Source: an uncultured Zetaproteobacteria bacterium (GTDB taxonomy: Bacteria; Pseudomonadota; Zetaproteobacteria; Mariprofundales; Mariprofundaceae). Taken from it: a stretch of DNA of 45,525 nucleotides. Location of the stretch: assembly GCA_964478615.1 (NCBI GenBank), contig CAYZJL010000001.1, positions 1-45,525 of the forward strand, read 5' to 3'. Shown here in pieces: positions 33,201-36,886 of the stretch; position 1 is the stretch's first letter; each line of letters opens with the position of its first letter. Made by a program: the position numbers and the translations under genes. A model generated the notes under the pieces. The model worked only from the letters and a program-made list of their open reading frames with translations, was not told the DNA's origin and made no database searches.

Positions 33201-35126
33201 GATAATCAATGCGGAGTCAGTTGTAGCCAGTGTGTTGTCAGCAATACTTATTTTGAGCGTGTGGGTGGTAAGTACCGGATCTAACAGAGCGGTCAGCGTC
33301 TGAGCCGGAGAGAGGTTTGTATATCCTGATATTAATGTGCCGTTGCTGGCATTCAGAAATGCACCATTCAGGTTGGATATGATCAGGCCATTGGTGGTGA
33401 ATGTGCCGCGATTTACCCCATCAACCATCACTACAACAGCATCCGGCAGCGCTACACCACCTAGCAATTCATTGGTTGCATAAATAAAGTCAAAGCTGAC
33501 AGAAGGGGTGTTGACAGGGACAGTGAATGAAAACTGTAGTGAGGATGCATCAGCTGTACCTGCTGTGCCAAAGGATGGATGTGCATTTAAGGCGTTAAAT
33601 ACATCGGCATCACCAGGTAGAGGTCCGAGATCATTGCCGGTGCCGCTAATATTACCGGTTGTGAGCATGATACTGGTTTGAGGAAGGGTGAGTGGTGCGC
33701 CGGCCAGGGTTCCAAAATTGGTTGTCTCTACCAGGCCTGTTTGGTTCGCTGCTGCTGTGGTAGCCGGTAAGGTGAAATTGATGTTGGCATCAAACTGTGT
33801 TAACCGTGTAGCCAATGTGGTGGCGTTGCTAACACCAATAATCGTTGCTGCACTGACTGTAATCGTTGTTGCAGCTGTACCTATATTACCGGCGGCATCA
33901 ACTGCCGTGAAGGTGACAGTGGTGTTGCCTACAGGAAATGCCAGTGGAGCGTTGTTGGTAATTGGGCCAACTACGCCAACTACGTCTGTTGCTGTGACTG
34001 TGGCTAGGTGAGCCGTGATGTCTGCTGCCATGGTTGGGCTGGCTGTTGAGAATGTTTGCGCTGCCGGAGCAGCTATAGCAGGAGCAATGGTGTCAGTGAC
34101 TGTGACGGTCTGTATGGCAGTGCCAACATTGAGTGCAGCATCGGTTGCCGTCCAGGTAATGACATTGACACCAACCGGGAATGGGCCGACAGGTGTTGGG
34201 GTAGCAGCAGGAGCCGGAACGTCTACATTGTCGACCACAAGAGGGGTGCCCAGGTTTACAGTGGTGGTTGGGCCTGTTGCTTCAATGATGACGTTGGCTG
34301 ATGGGGTCAGAACAGGTGGAAAAATATCACCGACCCCCATACCGCCGAGGGTACTGGTCGTAGCTGTCAGATTAGAGACGATGACAGCTGAATCTGTCTG
34401 TGCGTTGACATTGTCGGCAATGGCAATTTTAAATGTATGACTGGTCAGGGCTGGATTAAGTGGTGCAGTTACTGTCTGTACCGCTGAAGCGCTGGTGAAA
34501 CCGGTAACAACCTGTGCCACAGGTGTTGCCACCAATATGCCGGCTGTTTGATTGCTCAATAACAGGCCGTTGGTCAGTTTGCCGTAGTTCACACCATCCA
34601 CCATAATGACAACAGTATCGGGCGTGATGGCTCCGATAACTTCATTACTGGCGAATACGAGGTCAAATGTAACGGCTGTTTTTCCTGGCGTGACAGTGAA
34701 ATTGAATGATAGGGATGAGGCATCAAAGGTGCCTGTTGTTGTAAAGGCCGGGTGGTTTGTTAATTCATTGAATACGTCTGTATCACCAGTCAGGGGGCCA
34801 AGGTTGGTATTGCCACCATTAATGCTGCCGTTGGTCAACATAATGCCACCTATTGCGTTCATGATGACAGGGGTTGCAGGCGGCAGGATGCCAAAGTCAA
34901 AGTTTTGAACCAGTCCAGTCTGATTTGCGCTGGTTACAGCAGTGACGGTAGGAGCAGAGATGAAAACATTAACGGCATTTTGAGAGAATCTGTTGGCCAG
35001 ATTGGCAGGTACAGTCTCTGAAATGACACTGGTCGCAGCATTCGAGAGCATTGGAAGCATGCAACATGTGATGGTTATGAGTGATAAAATAAAGCGCATC
35101 GTTGTTAGTACCTGTTTATATGTCAT
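12270..35126 (-). CDS. Giant (~7,618 aa) Sec-exported repetitive surface protein / putative adhesin: 18 x [choice-of-anchor-L-like + 2 HYR], Ig-like domains, Asp-rich repeats, choice-of-anchor-U-like domain, JDVT-CTERM-like sorting signal
   Basis: Uninterrupted 22.9-kb ORF. Likely ATG at 35126 follows GAGG (alternative 35099; ORF open from 35195). Signal peptide MRFILSLITITCCMLPMLSNA|A. Repeating motifs are GIxLTTG, DAASLQFSFT, FDLIYATNE, THTIKISIADN...DSA and the HYR-like FPVGNTTVTFTAxDAAGN. The C-terminus is GGGGC...DPLLPLLFTIALLFLLMRRK. Confidence 0.92.
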   Translation of the reverse strand: MTYKQVLTTMRFILSLITITCCMLPMLSNAATSVISETVPANLANRFSQNAVNVFISAPTVTAVTSANQTGLVQNFDFGILPPATPVIMNAIGGIMLTNGSINGGNTNLGPLTGDTDVFNELTNHPAFTTTGTFDASSLSFNFTVTPGKTAVTFDLVFASNEVIGAITPDTVVIMVDGVNYGKLTNGLLLSNQTAGILVATPVAQVVTGFTSASAVQTVTAPLNPALTSHTFKIAIADNVNAQTDSAVIVSNLTATTSTLGGMGVGDIFPPVLTPSANVIIEATGPTTTVNLGTPLVVDNVDVPAPAATPTPVGPFPVGVNVITWTATDAALNVGTAIQTVTVTDTIAPAIAAPAAQTFSTASPTMAADITAHLATVTATDVVGVVGPITNNAPLAFPVGNTTVTFTAVDAAGNIGTAATTITVSAATIIGVSNATTLATRLTQFDANINFTLPATTAAANQTGLVETTNFGTLAGAPLTLPQTSIMLTTGNISGTGNDLGPLPGDADVFNALNAHPSFGTAGTADASSLQFSFTVPVNTPSVSFDFIYATNELLGGVALPDAVVVMVDGVNRGTFTTNGLIISNLNGAFLNASNGTLISGYTNLSPAQTLTALLDPVLTTHTLKISIADNTLATTDSALIISNMRTSTSSANGIGPLGADFLPPVVTPAANVTIEATGPTTTVNIGTPVVTDNIDPNPTVVAAPVGPYPVGATVVTWTATDASGNIGTATQTITVTDTTAPGIAAPAAQTFSTTSLTMAADITAHLATVTATDAVGVLLPIANNAPLAFPVGNTLVTFTVSDAAGNTATATTMITVTAASIIGISNATSLATRLTQFDPNINFTLPQSTAVLNQTGLVETTNFGTLAAAPLTLTQTGIMLTTGNISGTGNNLGLAGDTDVFNALNNHISFGTGGTSDAASLQFSFTTPPNTLSVDFDLIYATNEALAGIALPDAAVIMVDGINRGTFPNGLLLANLNGAFLNATNGTLISGYTNLSAAQTLTALLNPALTTHTLKISIADNTTSTIDTALIISNMRISASTNNGMGPLGTDFLPPVITPAANVTIEATGPTTAVNLVAATVVDNVDPNPVVTATPVGPYPVGANIVTWTATDAAGNIGTATQTIIVTDTTVPVIAAPVAKTFSTASPTIAADITAHLATVTATDAVGVVLPITNNAPLLFPVGNTTVTYTVTDVAGNVGTATTVITVSAASIINMANATTLATRLTQFDPNINFTLPVATAALNQTGLVETTNFGTLGLTPLTLPQTGIMLTTGNVSGTGNNLGPLIGDADVFNALTNHISFASTGTSDAALLQFSFTVPANTPSVSFDLIYATNETLAGVAFPDAVVVMIDGVNRATFTNGLLLSNLNGAFLTASNGNLISGYTNLSQAQTLTALLNPALATHTIKISIADNSTSLVDSALIISNMRVAVSNQNGIGPIGVDFLAPAITPAANITIEATGPTTTVNLGTPTVVDNVDPNPVVTAAPVGPYPVGATIVTWSATDAAGNIGTATQTVTVTDTTPPLVFAPIAQTFSTASPTMAADIAAHLATVAATDAVGVILPIINNAPLVFPVGNTTVVYTIADAAGNIGTASTVITVTAASILNVTNATTLATRLTQFDPNITFSLPAATIAPNQAGLVETTSFGTLGLAPLTLPQTGIILSTGNTSGTGNNLGPLAGDTDVFIALTAHPSFSSVGTADAASLQFSFTVPANTPSVNFDLIYATNETLAGIALPDAVVIMVDGVNRATFATGLLLANLNGAFLNATNGTLVSGFTNLSPAQTLTALLDPALATHTIKITIADNTIATVDSAIILSNMRSSTSTNNGIGALGADFLPPVITPAANITIEATGPTTTVNLGTPTVVDNMDPNPVVTAAPVGPYPIGATIVTWTATDAAGNIGTATQTVTVTDTTAPVVVAPVAQTFSTLSPTMAADITAHLATVTATDALGVILPITNNAPLAFPVGNTTVTFTVSDAAGNAGTASTVITVTAASIININNATTLATRLTQFDANINFTLPLLTAATNQTGLVDSTNFGTLAAAPPLAPTPLTLTQTGIILTTGNTSGTGNSLGPLAGDTDVFNALNNHISFGTGGTSDAASLQFSFTTPPNTLSVDFDLIYATNEALAGIALPDAAVIMVDGINRGTFPNGLLLANLNGAFLNATNGTLISGYTNLSAAQTLTALLNPALTTHTLKISIADNTTSTIDTALIISNMRISASTNNGMGPLGTDFLPPVITPAANVTIEATGPTTAVNLVAATVVDNVDPNPVVTATPVGPYPVGANIVTWTATDAAGNIGTATQTIIVTDTTVPVIAAPVAKTFSTASPTIAADITAHLATVTATDAVGVVLPITNNAPLLFPVGNTTVTYTVTDVAGNVGTATTVITVSAASIINMANATTLATRLTQFDPNINFTLPVATAALNQTGLVETTNFGTLGLTPLTLPQTGIMLTTGNVSGTGNNLGPLIGDADVFNALTNHISFASTGTSDAALLQFSFTVPANTPSVSFDLIYATNETLAGVAFPDAVVVMIDGVNRATFTNGLLLSNLNGAFLTASNGNLISGYTNLSQAQTLTALLNPALATHTIKISIADNSTSLVDSALIISNMRVAVSNQNGIGPIGVDFLAPAITPAANITIEATGPTTTVNLGTPTVVDNVDPNPVVTAAPVGPYPVGATIVTWSATDAAGNIGTATQTVTVTDTTPPLVFAPIAQTFSTASPTMAADIAAHLATVAATDAVGVILPIINNAPLVFPVGNTTVVYTIADAAGNIGTASTVITVTAASILNVTNATTLATRLTQFDPNITFSLPAATIAANQAGLVETTNFGTLAALPPLAATPLTLPQTGIILSTGNTSGTGNNLGPLAGDTDVFNALSAHPSFATIGTADAASLQFSFTVPANTPSINFDLIYATNELLGGIALPDAVVIMVDGVNRATFANGLLLSNLNGAFLNTTNGTLVSGFTNLSPAQTLTALLDPALATHTIKITIADNTTATVDSAIILSNMRISASTNNGMGPVGADFLPPVITPAANITIEAIAPTTPVNLGAPTVVDNLDPNPTLVAAPVGPYPVGATIVTWTATDAAGNIGTATQTVTVIDTTVPAIVAPVAQTFSTVSATLAADIAAHLATVTATDAVGVVLPITNNAPLAFPVGNTTVTFTATDLAGNAGTATTVITVSAANIINMNNATTLATRLTQFDPNINFTLPVATALATQTGLVETTNFGTLVAAPLTLPQPGIILTTGNVTGTGNSLGPLPGDTDVFNALNTHPLFATAGTADAASLQFSFTVPANTPSVSFDLIYATNEVIAGIASPDAVVVMVDGVNRATFATGLLLSNLNGAFLSPTNGTLVSGYTNLSPAQVMTTLLNPVLTTHTIKISIADNSTALVDSALIISNMRVSASTQNSIGPVGADFLPPVITPAANIFMEATGPTTTVNLGVPNVIDNVDPNPTVTSAPAGPFPVGATVVTWSATDIAGNIGTATQLVTINDTTAPLITAPVAQTFSTASPTLAADITTHLATVTATDAVSVILPILNDAPLLFPVGNTTVTFTSTDAAGNVGTATTVITVSAASILNVTNATSLATRLTQFDANINFTLPVATGIANQTGLVESTNFGTLGLAPLTLPQKSIILTTGNFSGTGNNLGPLAGDADVFNALSGHPSYATVGTADAASLQFSFTVPANTPSVSFDLIYATNEGIAGTALPDAAVIMVDGINRGIFNNGQLLSNLNGAFLTVSNGALISGYTNLSPAQTVTTLLDPLLTTHTLKISIADNTTATVDSALIISNMRISTSNTNGMGPLGVDFLPPAVTPAANITIEATGPTTAVNLGAPTVVDNIDPNPALVAAPAGPYPVGVTVVTWTATDAAGNIGTSTQTVTVNDTITPVITPPAAQTFSTVSPTLAADIAAHLATVTAIDAVGVILPITNNAPLLFPVGNTTVTFTASDAAGNLSTATSVITVSAASIVNVNNATSLATRLTQFDPNITFSLPLATIAANQSGLVETTNFGTLAGAPLTLLQTGIILTTGNVTGTGNNLGPLPGDTDVLNALNGHASFATTGTADAATLQFTFTTPANTPSVSFDLIYASNEALAGVPFPDAVVIMIDGVNRATFTNGLLLANLNGAFLNATNGTLISGYTNLSQSQVLTALVNPLLTSHTIKISIADNNTALTDSAIILSNMRLSASTQNGIGAVGADVQPPVITPAANIAIEATGPTTAVNLGIPNVVDNIDPNPTVTSAPIGPFPIGVTLVTWSATDAAGNIGTATQTVTVSDTIAPAIVAPVAQTFSIASPTMATDIAAYLATVTATDAVGVVLPITNDAPLLFPLGNTTVTFSALDVAANTATATTVITVSSASIINMTNATSLATRLTQFDANINFTLPVATAIANQTGLVETTNFGTLGVAPAAIPLVLPQKGIILTTGNITGTGNNLGPLAGDADVFSALSTHPLFGTAGTSDAASLQFSFTVPVNTSSVDFDLIYATNETLAGIALPDAVVVMVDGVNQATFTNGLLLSNLNGAFLNATNGTLIPGYTNLSQVQTLTALLDPALTTHTIKITIADNTTSATDSALIISNMRLSASANNGMGPLGVDVLAPVVTPAANITIEASGVLTAVNLGAPTVVDNIDPNPLLVAAPISPYPAGATIVTWSATDAAGNIGTATQTVTVTDTTPPVVAAPAPQTFSTLSATMAADIAAHLATVTATDLLGVVLPITNDAPLLFPVGNTTVTFTALDAAGNIGTATTVITVTSASIINITNATSLATRLTQFDPNINFTLPLLTAVPNQVGLVESTSFGTLPTLPPLAAAPLTLPQKGIILTTGNVTGTGNNLGPLLGDTDVFNALSAHPSFATIGTSDGASLQFSFTVLANTPAVDFDLIYATNEALAGTAFPDAVVVMIDGVNRGTFSNGLLLSNLNGAFLNPTNGALISGYTNLSQAQTLTALLNPLLTTHTIKISIADNSSALTDSAIIISNMRVSANTTNGMGPLGTDFLAPVITPAANITIEATGPTTTVNLGVPNVVDNVDPNPVVIPTPAGPYPVGVTIVTWTATDAAGNVSTATQTVTVTDTTLPVVLAPAAQTFSTVSPTLAADIAAHLATVTATDAVGVVLPITNDAPLVFPVGNTTVTFTALDVNGNTGTATTIITVNSASIINMTNAVSLATRLTQFDANINFTLPLATAVVNQTGLVETTNFGTLAATPLSLPQPGIILTTGNVSGTGNNLGPLAGDNDVFNALNTHPSFNTAGTADAASLQFSFTVPANTPSVSFDLIYASNEALAGTAFPDAVVVMVDGINRGTFTNGLLLSNLNGAFLNATNGTLIQGYTNLSLAHTLTTLLDPLLTTHTLKISIADNSTALTDSAIIISNMRTSTSTNSGMGLLGADFLPPVVIPAANITIEATAPTTPVNLGVPNVVDNMDPNPTVAPTPAGPYPVGTTLVTWSATDAAGNIGTATQTVTVTDTTAPVITAPAAQTFSISSPTMAADIAAHLATVTATDLVGLVLPITNDAPIAGFPVGNTTVTFTALDAAGNAGIATTVITVTSASIINITNATSLATRLTQFDANVNFTLPVLTAVPNQVGLVETTNFGTLAAFPPLAGTPLTMPQTGIILTTGNVTGTGNNLGPLAGDGDVFNALTAHPSFTSIGTSDAASLQFSFTVPPNTPSVDFDLIYATNELLAGAPSPDAVVIMVDGVNRATFTNGLLLSNLNGAFLNATNGTLIAGYTNLSQTQVLTALLNPLLTTHTIKISIADNSSALTDSALIISNMRVSNGTQNGIGALGADFLPPVITPTANIAIEATGPTTVVNLGVPNVVDNIDPNPLLVVAPVGPYPVGVTVVTWTATDAAGNVGTATQTITINDTIAPAIVAPAARTFSTASPTMAADIAAHMATVTATDAVGVVLPITNNAPLVFPVGNTTVTYTASDAAGNISTATTVITITAANIIAMSNANTLVTRLTQFDGNINITLPLATAAANQTGLIETTNFGTLAAAPLTLAQKGIMLTTGNITGTGNNIGTPGDTDVFNALNADPAFATTGTVDAASLQFSFTVAPNTPSVSFDLIYATNEALAGVAFPDAVVIMVDGVNRGLFSTGALLANLNGAFLNASNGILISGYTNLSQALTLTTLLDPLLTTHSIKISIADNSNALTDSALIISNMRSSTSTQGGMGVLGMDNFPPVITPPADIITEATALTTAVALGIPTVTDNLDPNPTVLLAPVGPYPVGLTVVTWTATDAAGNVSTALQNVTVTDTTAPLITAPVARTFSTATATYVTDITAHMATAAATDLVGGIVAVVNNAPLVFPVGNTTVTFTATDLAGNISTATTVITVTSATIFSDINATNLATRLTQFDPNITFAFPLATAVTNQTGLVETTNFGLLIPAVAPALPVNLALPQPGIMLTTGNLTGTGNSLGPLPGDTDVFNALSSDPLFNTTGTSDAAALQFTFTVPANTPSVSFDLIYATNELLAAVAFPDAVVIMVDGVNRGTFTSGQLLSNLNGAFLNATNATLIPGYTNVTRAQTLTTLLNPALATHTIKISIADNSSALTDSALLISNMRVSTGTQNGMGPLGTDFLAPVVTAPADVVSEAGAPLTTVNLGVPNVVDNLDPNPTVVPVPAGPYPVGLTVVTWTATDAAGNVGTAIQNVTVQDTLPPTIIAPAVKTFSAFSPTLAADIAAHLATATVTDLVTLAPVMVNDAPLVFPAGNTTVTFTATDAAGNVGTASTFITVSAAAIINNTNAVDLATRLTQFDASITVTAPTLIATANQTGLVESSSFGTLTLPAPALPVALSLPQPGIMLTTGNITGTGNNLGPMPGEQAIFNALINHPTFSSAGTADAASLSFSFTVPANSASVTLDFIFASNEAVAGSPRPDAAVIIVDGINRATFSNGLLLANLNGNLLNASNGTLVAGYANVSQAHSMTVVLDPLLATHTIKIAIADNTDANIDSALILSNMRVTTSTQTGMGTGDFLAPVVIAPADLTAEATGLTTNVNLGIAFAVDNVDPTPVVVPSLGLLPFGPLPLGTTQVTWSSTDLAGNVGTAIQTVTVVDTTPPIVQAAANTIFAASSPAGLPVSSINISQLLVTTIATDAVGIRSITNDAPPLFPVGTTRVTFTATDISGNVTTGFTDILITPFVAAGGVNAIPNGTDQIPPVLKLVGSNVVTVLQTALPATYADPGVMVNDNFDGPIAMPKLANNTIDTSIAGSTALVYSASDTSGNTAQIVRMVHVVALAPGIDQLPPIVTLGPIPSNPVGHDIFVGATSFAGILSSDTALNGFFSNATVTAADDPTLPSSGLATAVLNDAPAIIAIGKTVVTFSVTDNAGNIGSATATITVSGVVQSIGNPLDFDGDSMPDDWEISVFGDPLLKVAGPGTDFDLDGVSDALERLLGTNPLLANSNPSGASTDLKDLLDLSNPSDSDGDGIIDALEDNISALDPTMATGIPSPNGSTTFSINGGANVIQSIAVTQIPANPPFNILQAHGLLSYNVLTAVGGSATIQINSTQPFGTNSQFYKVDAVGNYSLIPAANVTMIGANTISLTLTDGGPFDLDGIANGVIVDPIAFGAAPAVLGANSGAAGGGGCAIQTDATFDPLLPLLFTIALLFLLMRRKQSMMMK
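26692..28898. repeat. Near-identical ~2.2-kb direct repeat, copy A (partner 30238-32444, offset 3546 bp)
   Basis: Identical antisense ORFs recur at a constant 3546-bp offset (26845/30391, 26982/30528, 27613/31159, 28024/31570). In spot checks I saw mismatches only near the edges (26730/30276, 28845/32391). Confidence 0.92.
30238..32444. repeat. Near-identical ~2.2-kb direct repeat, copy B (partner 26692-28898)
   Basis: Same evidence as copy A. The 3546-bp offset equals three modules. Confidence 0.92.
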
Positions 35127-35142
35127 TAAGTTTAAAGCCTCA

Positions 35143-35799
35143 TTAAAAATCGAATAATTTATTGACGGAAAGGCCGAATCCACCAAATGATGCACGTGAA
35201 CGCCCTGCTGTAGTCAGCGACATATCCACATTGGTCCAGTACTGGATCCACTGCAAATCAATGGAGAAATCGCGATGAGCCCTATATTGCATGCCAAGAC
35301 CATAGGTGAAACCGGTTTTTACCGCACTTGATTTAAGCAACACGGTGGTGCCGTTGGGTGTGATGGAGAAGTTGGCCATGGTGCCACCAAGCAGCAGATA
35401 AACCTTGAACTTATCAGTGAACGGGTATTGTACCTTGCCAAGGTAGGAAAAAAACGGACTGGCCTGCACATCAATATTGAAGGGGGTTGCACTGCCGATT
35501 GTGCTAACCGGGAAGTTATTGCTGGCGCTGCCAACAAGGCCAAGGCGTAGTTCGGCACCCCACAACTGGGCATCAACACCTACTTTTAAGAGGCCGGCAG
35601 GAACACTGTTTTCTTTGACTGTCAGGTTGCCGCTTGCACGCGATTCAGTATATTCAACTGTATACAGACCACCACCCAGTGCACCATAATAGACTTCAAT
35701 CTCCTGCTCTTGAGCGTGCAGGGTTTTAGTGCTAAAAAAAGCCATGAACAGAGCTACTATAAACAACAGTACTTTTTTCAGTAACATTAAGATCCCCAT
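35143..35799 (-). CDS. Small outer-membrane beta-barrel protein (OmpA-transmembrane-like)
   Basis: Signal peptide ending LHA|Q, alternating amphipathic strands (KFKVYLLLGG, GFTYGLGMQY) and a C-terminal Phe (LFDF). Stops 16 bp before the giant gene. Confidence 0.85.
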   Translation of the reverse strand: MGILMLLKKVLLFIVALFMAFFSTKTLHAQEQEIEVYYGALGGGLYTVEYTESRASGNLTVKENSVPAGLLKVGVDAQLWGAELRLGLVGSASNNFPVSTIGSATPFNIDVQASPFFSYLGKVQYPFTDKFKVYLLLGGTMANFSITPNGTTVLLKSSAVKTGFTYGLGMQYRAHRDFSIDLQWIQYWTNVDMSLTTAGRSRASFGGFGLSVNKLFDF

Positions 35800-35894
35800 G
35801 CCAACAGGCCTTCATAAATACTTAGTGGTGCATCTGAAATATTTTAATCATTCAGGCTATGTAGCAAAAAACATTTGGCGCAATCATATCTTAT

Positions 35895-36251
35895 TTACAA
35901 CCAAAATGCATTGCGTTTAATCGGGTCATTTAATCGTTTTGTTCCAGCAACATAGAGCCATGGGCCAAGCTGTAAATCATCAGCTTCATGGATTAATCTG
36001 TCCAATGTCAGCCATGACCCAATCAATAGCCCATATTGATTTATCGCCTGAGAGGCATATTGCGAACAGACGGGAAAGCTTGGGCAGGATCGACCATCGA
36101 GCGAGCCAATGACCTGCTGATAAAACTGTATGGGGAAGCTTTGAGGGGCCACCGAAGCTGAATGAAAAGTCTGTACCCAGCCTGTGGCAAGAAACAGACT
36201 TGCCGTGGCTAAAAACAGATAGGCACGCAAAAAACGAAGAAATGTTACCAT
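35895..36251 (-). CDS. YidD-like (membrane protein insertion efficiency factor family) paralogue with a hydrophobic N-terminus
   Basis: FYQQVIG..DGRSCPSFPVCSQYA..AI..YG...G.....DRL pattern. The third conserved Cys is replaced (DRLIHE). Likely ATG at 36251 overlaps the upstream stop (ORF open from 36293). Confidence 0.8.
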   Translation of the reverse strand: MVTFLRFLRAYLFLATASLFLATGWVQTFHSASVAPQSFPIQFYQQVIGSLDGRSCPSFPVCSQYASQAINQYGLLIGSWLTLDRLIHEADDLQLGPWLYVAGTKRLNDPIKRNAFWL

Positions 36252-36886
36252 GGGCGGCCAGGTAGGCCGGAGCTTTGCCAGAGGTTTTGCCACCAGACAA
36301 GATAGGTTTCAAGATTGCCACGTTCGGTCAGGGAAATGGCTGAAAAAACGCTTCCTGACCATAACCATAGTGTAATCAGGGTAAAAAACAGGGTGACTGG
36401 CCCCATACCTCTTTTAAATGCCCATAATGTTAACAGTAACATCGGCCAGACCATCAGGGCTGCAGTGCGGGCATCATGCCAGCGTCCAAGCCATGCGTGA
36501 CCGGCACCGGGCAACAGGGTTGCGAGCATGACAGTTGGCCATCTGGTTGTCTCAGCCAATAGCGGCTTGTTGGCAGTATACGTTGAGGCCAGTTGCAGGT
36601 AGGAGTTTGCCATATATTGAGAGGGGATGACTGTTTGTTGTTCTGTTCTCATACGGATCAATTGTTGCGCTGCAAGCATACGTTCATGCCAGGTGGATTG
36701 AGAAGGCACTGTTTCAAGCAGGGCGCTTAGTGTTGTTATGGAGTGCTGTTCCTGCCCCTGCGCTGCCAGATTGATGGCCATACGATAGGCTTCTTCAGGC
36801 CCTGCCTGACTGGCCGGGATGCAGAAGAAGAGGGCTGCAAGCGTATAGATAAGCCCCAGGCTATGCCTTGTTTGAACGCGGTTCAT
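36245..36886 (-). CDS. Hypothetical membrane protein: signal peptide, short TPR-like helical region, C-terminal membrane segments with a PGxG motif
   Basis: Signal-like N-terminus (ASQA|G). LATLLPGAGHAWLGRW is followed by two further hydrophobic helices. ATGA-coupled to gspF. Confidence 0.75.
   Translation of the reverse strand: MNRVQTRHSLGLIYTLAALFFCIPASQAGPEEAYRMAINLAAQGQEQHSITTLSALLETVPSQSTWHERMLAAQQLIRMRTEQQTVIPSQYMANSYLQLASTYTANKPLLAETTRWPTVMLATLLPGAGHAWLGRWHDARTAALMVWPMLLLTLWAFKRGMGPVTLFFTLITLWLWSGSVFSAISLTERGNLETYLVWWQNLWQSSGLPGRPW

Larger units (their letters stand above)
13720..35030 (-). repeat. Intragenic tandem array of 18 modules, period ~1.18 kb (~394 aa)
   Basis: The TRLTQFD motif recurs 17 times, near 14870, 16065, 17240, 18430, 19610, 20805, 21995, 23170, 24345, 25520, 26715, 27890, 29085, 30260, 31440, 32610 and 33790. 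A divergent first copy (ANRFSQ) lies near 34985. Boundaries are approximate. Confidence 0.93.

Noticed and set aside
12366-34908. Dozens of plus-strand ORFs of 60-220 aa inside the giant gene
   Set aside because: They are antisense shadows of an Ala/Thr/Val/Gly-rich repetitive frame. They recur with the repeat period and show no independent motifs.
13720-35030. Long periodic repeats as a CRISPR array or mobile element
   Set aside because: The period is ~1.18 kb, in frame and protein-coding. There are no short repeat-spacer units, cas genes or transposases.
12270-35126. Giant protein as an RTX/T1SS (LapA-like) adhesin or autotransporter
   Set aside because: I saw no GGxGxD nonapeptide run, no T1SS genes and no C-terminal beta-barrel. 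It has a Sec signal and a transmembrane sorting tail instead.
35040-35126. Cys-Cys in the giant protein's N-terminus as a lipoprotein lipobox
   Set aside because: ITITCC does not fit L-A/S-G/A-C. An SPase I-type site (SNA|A) fits better.
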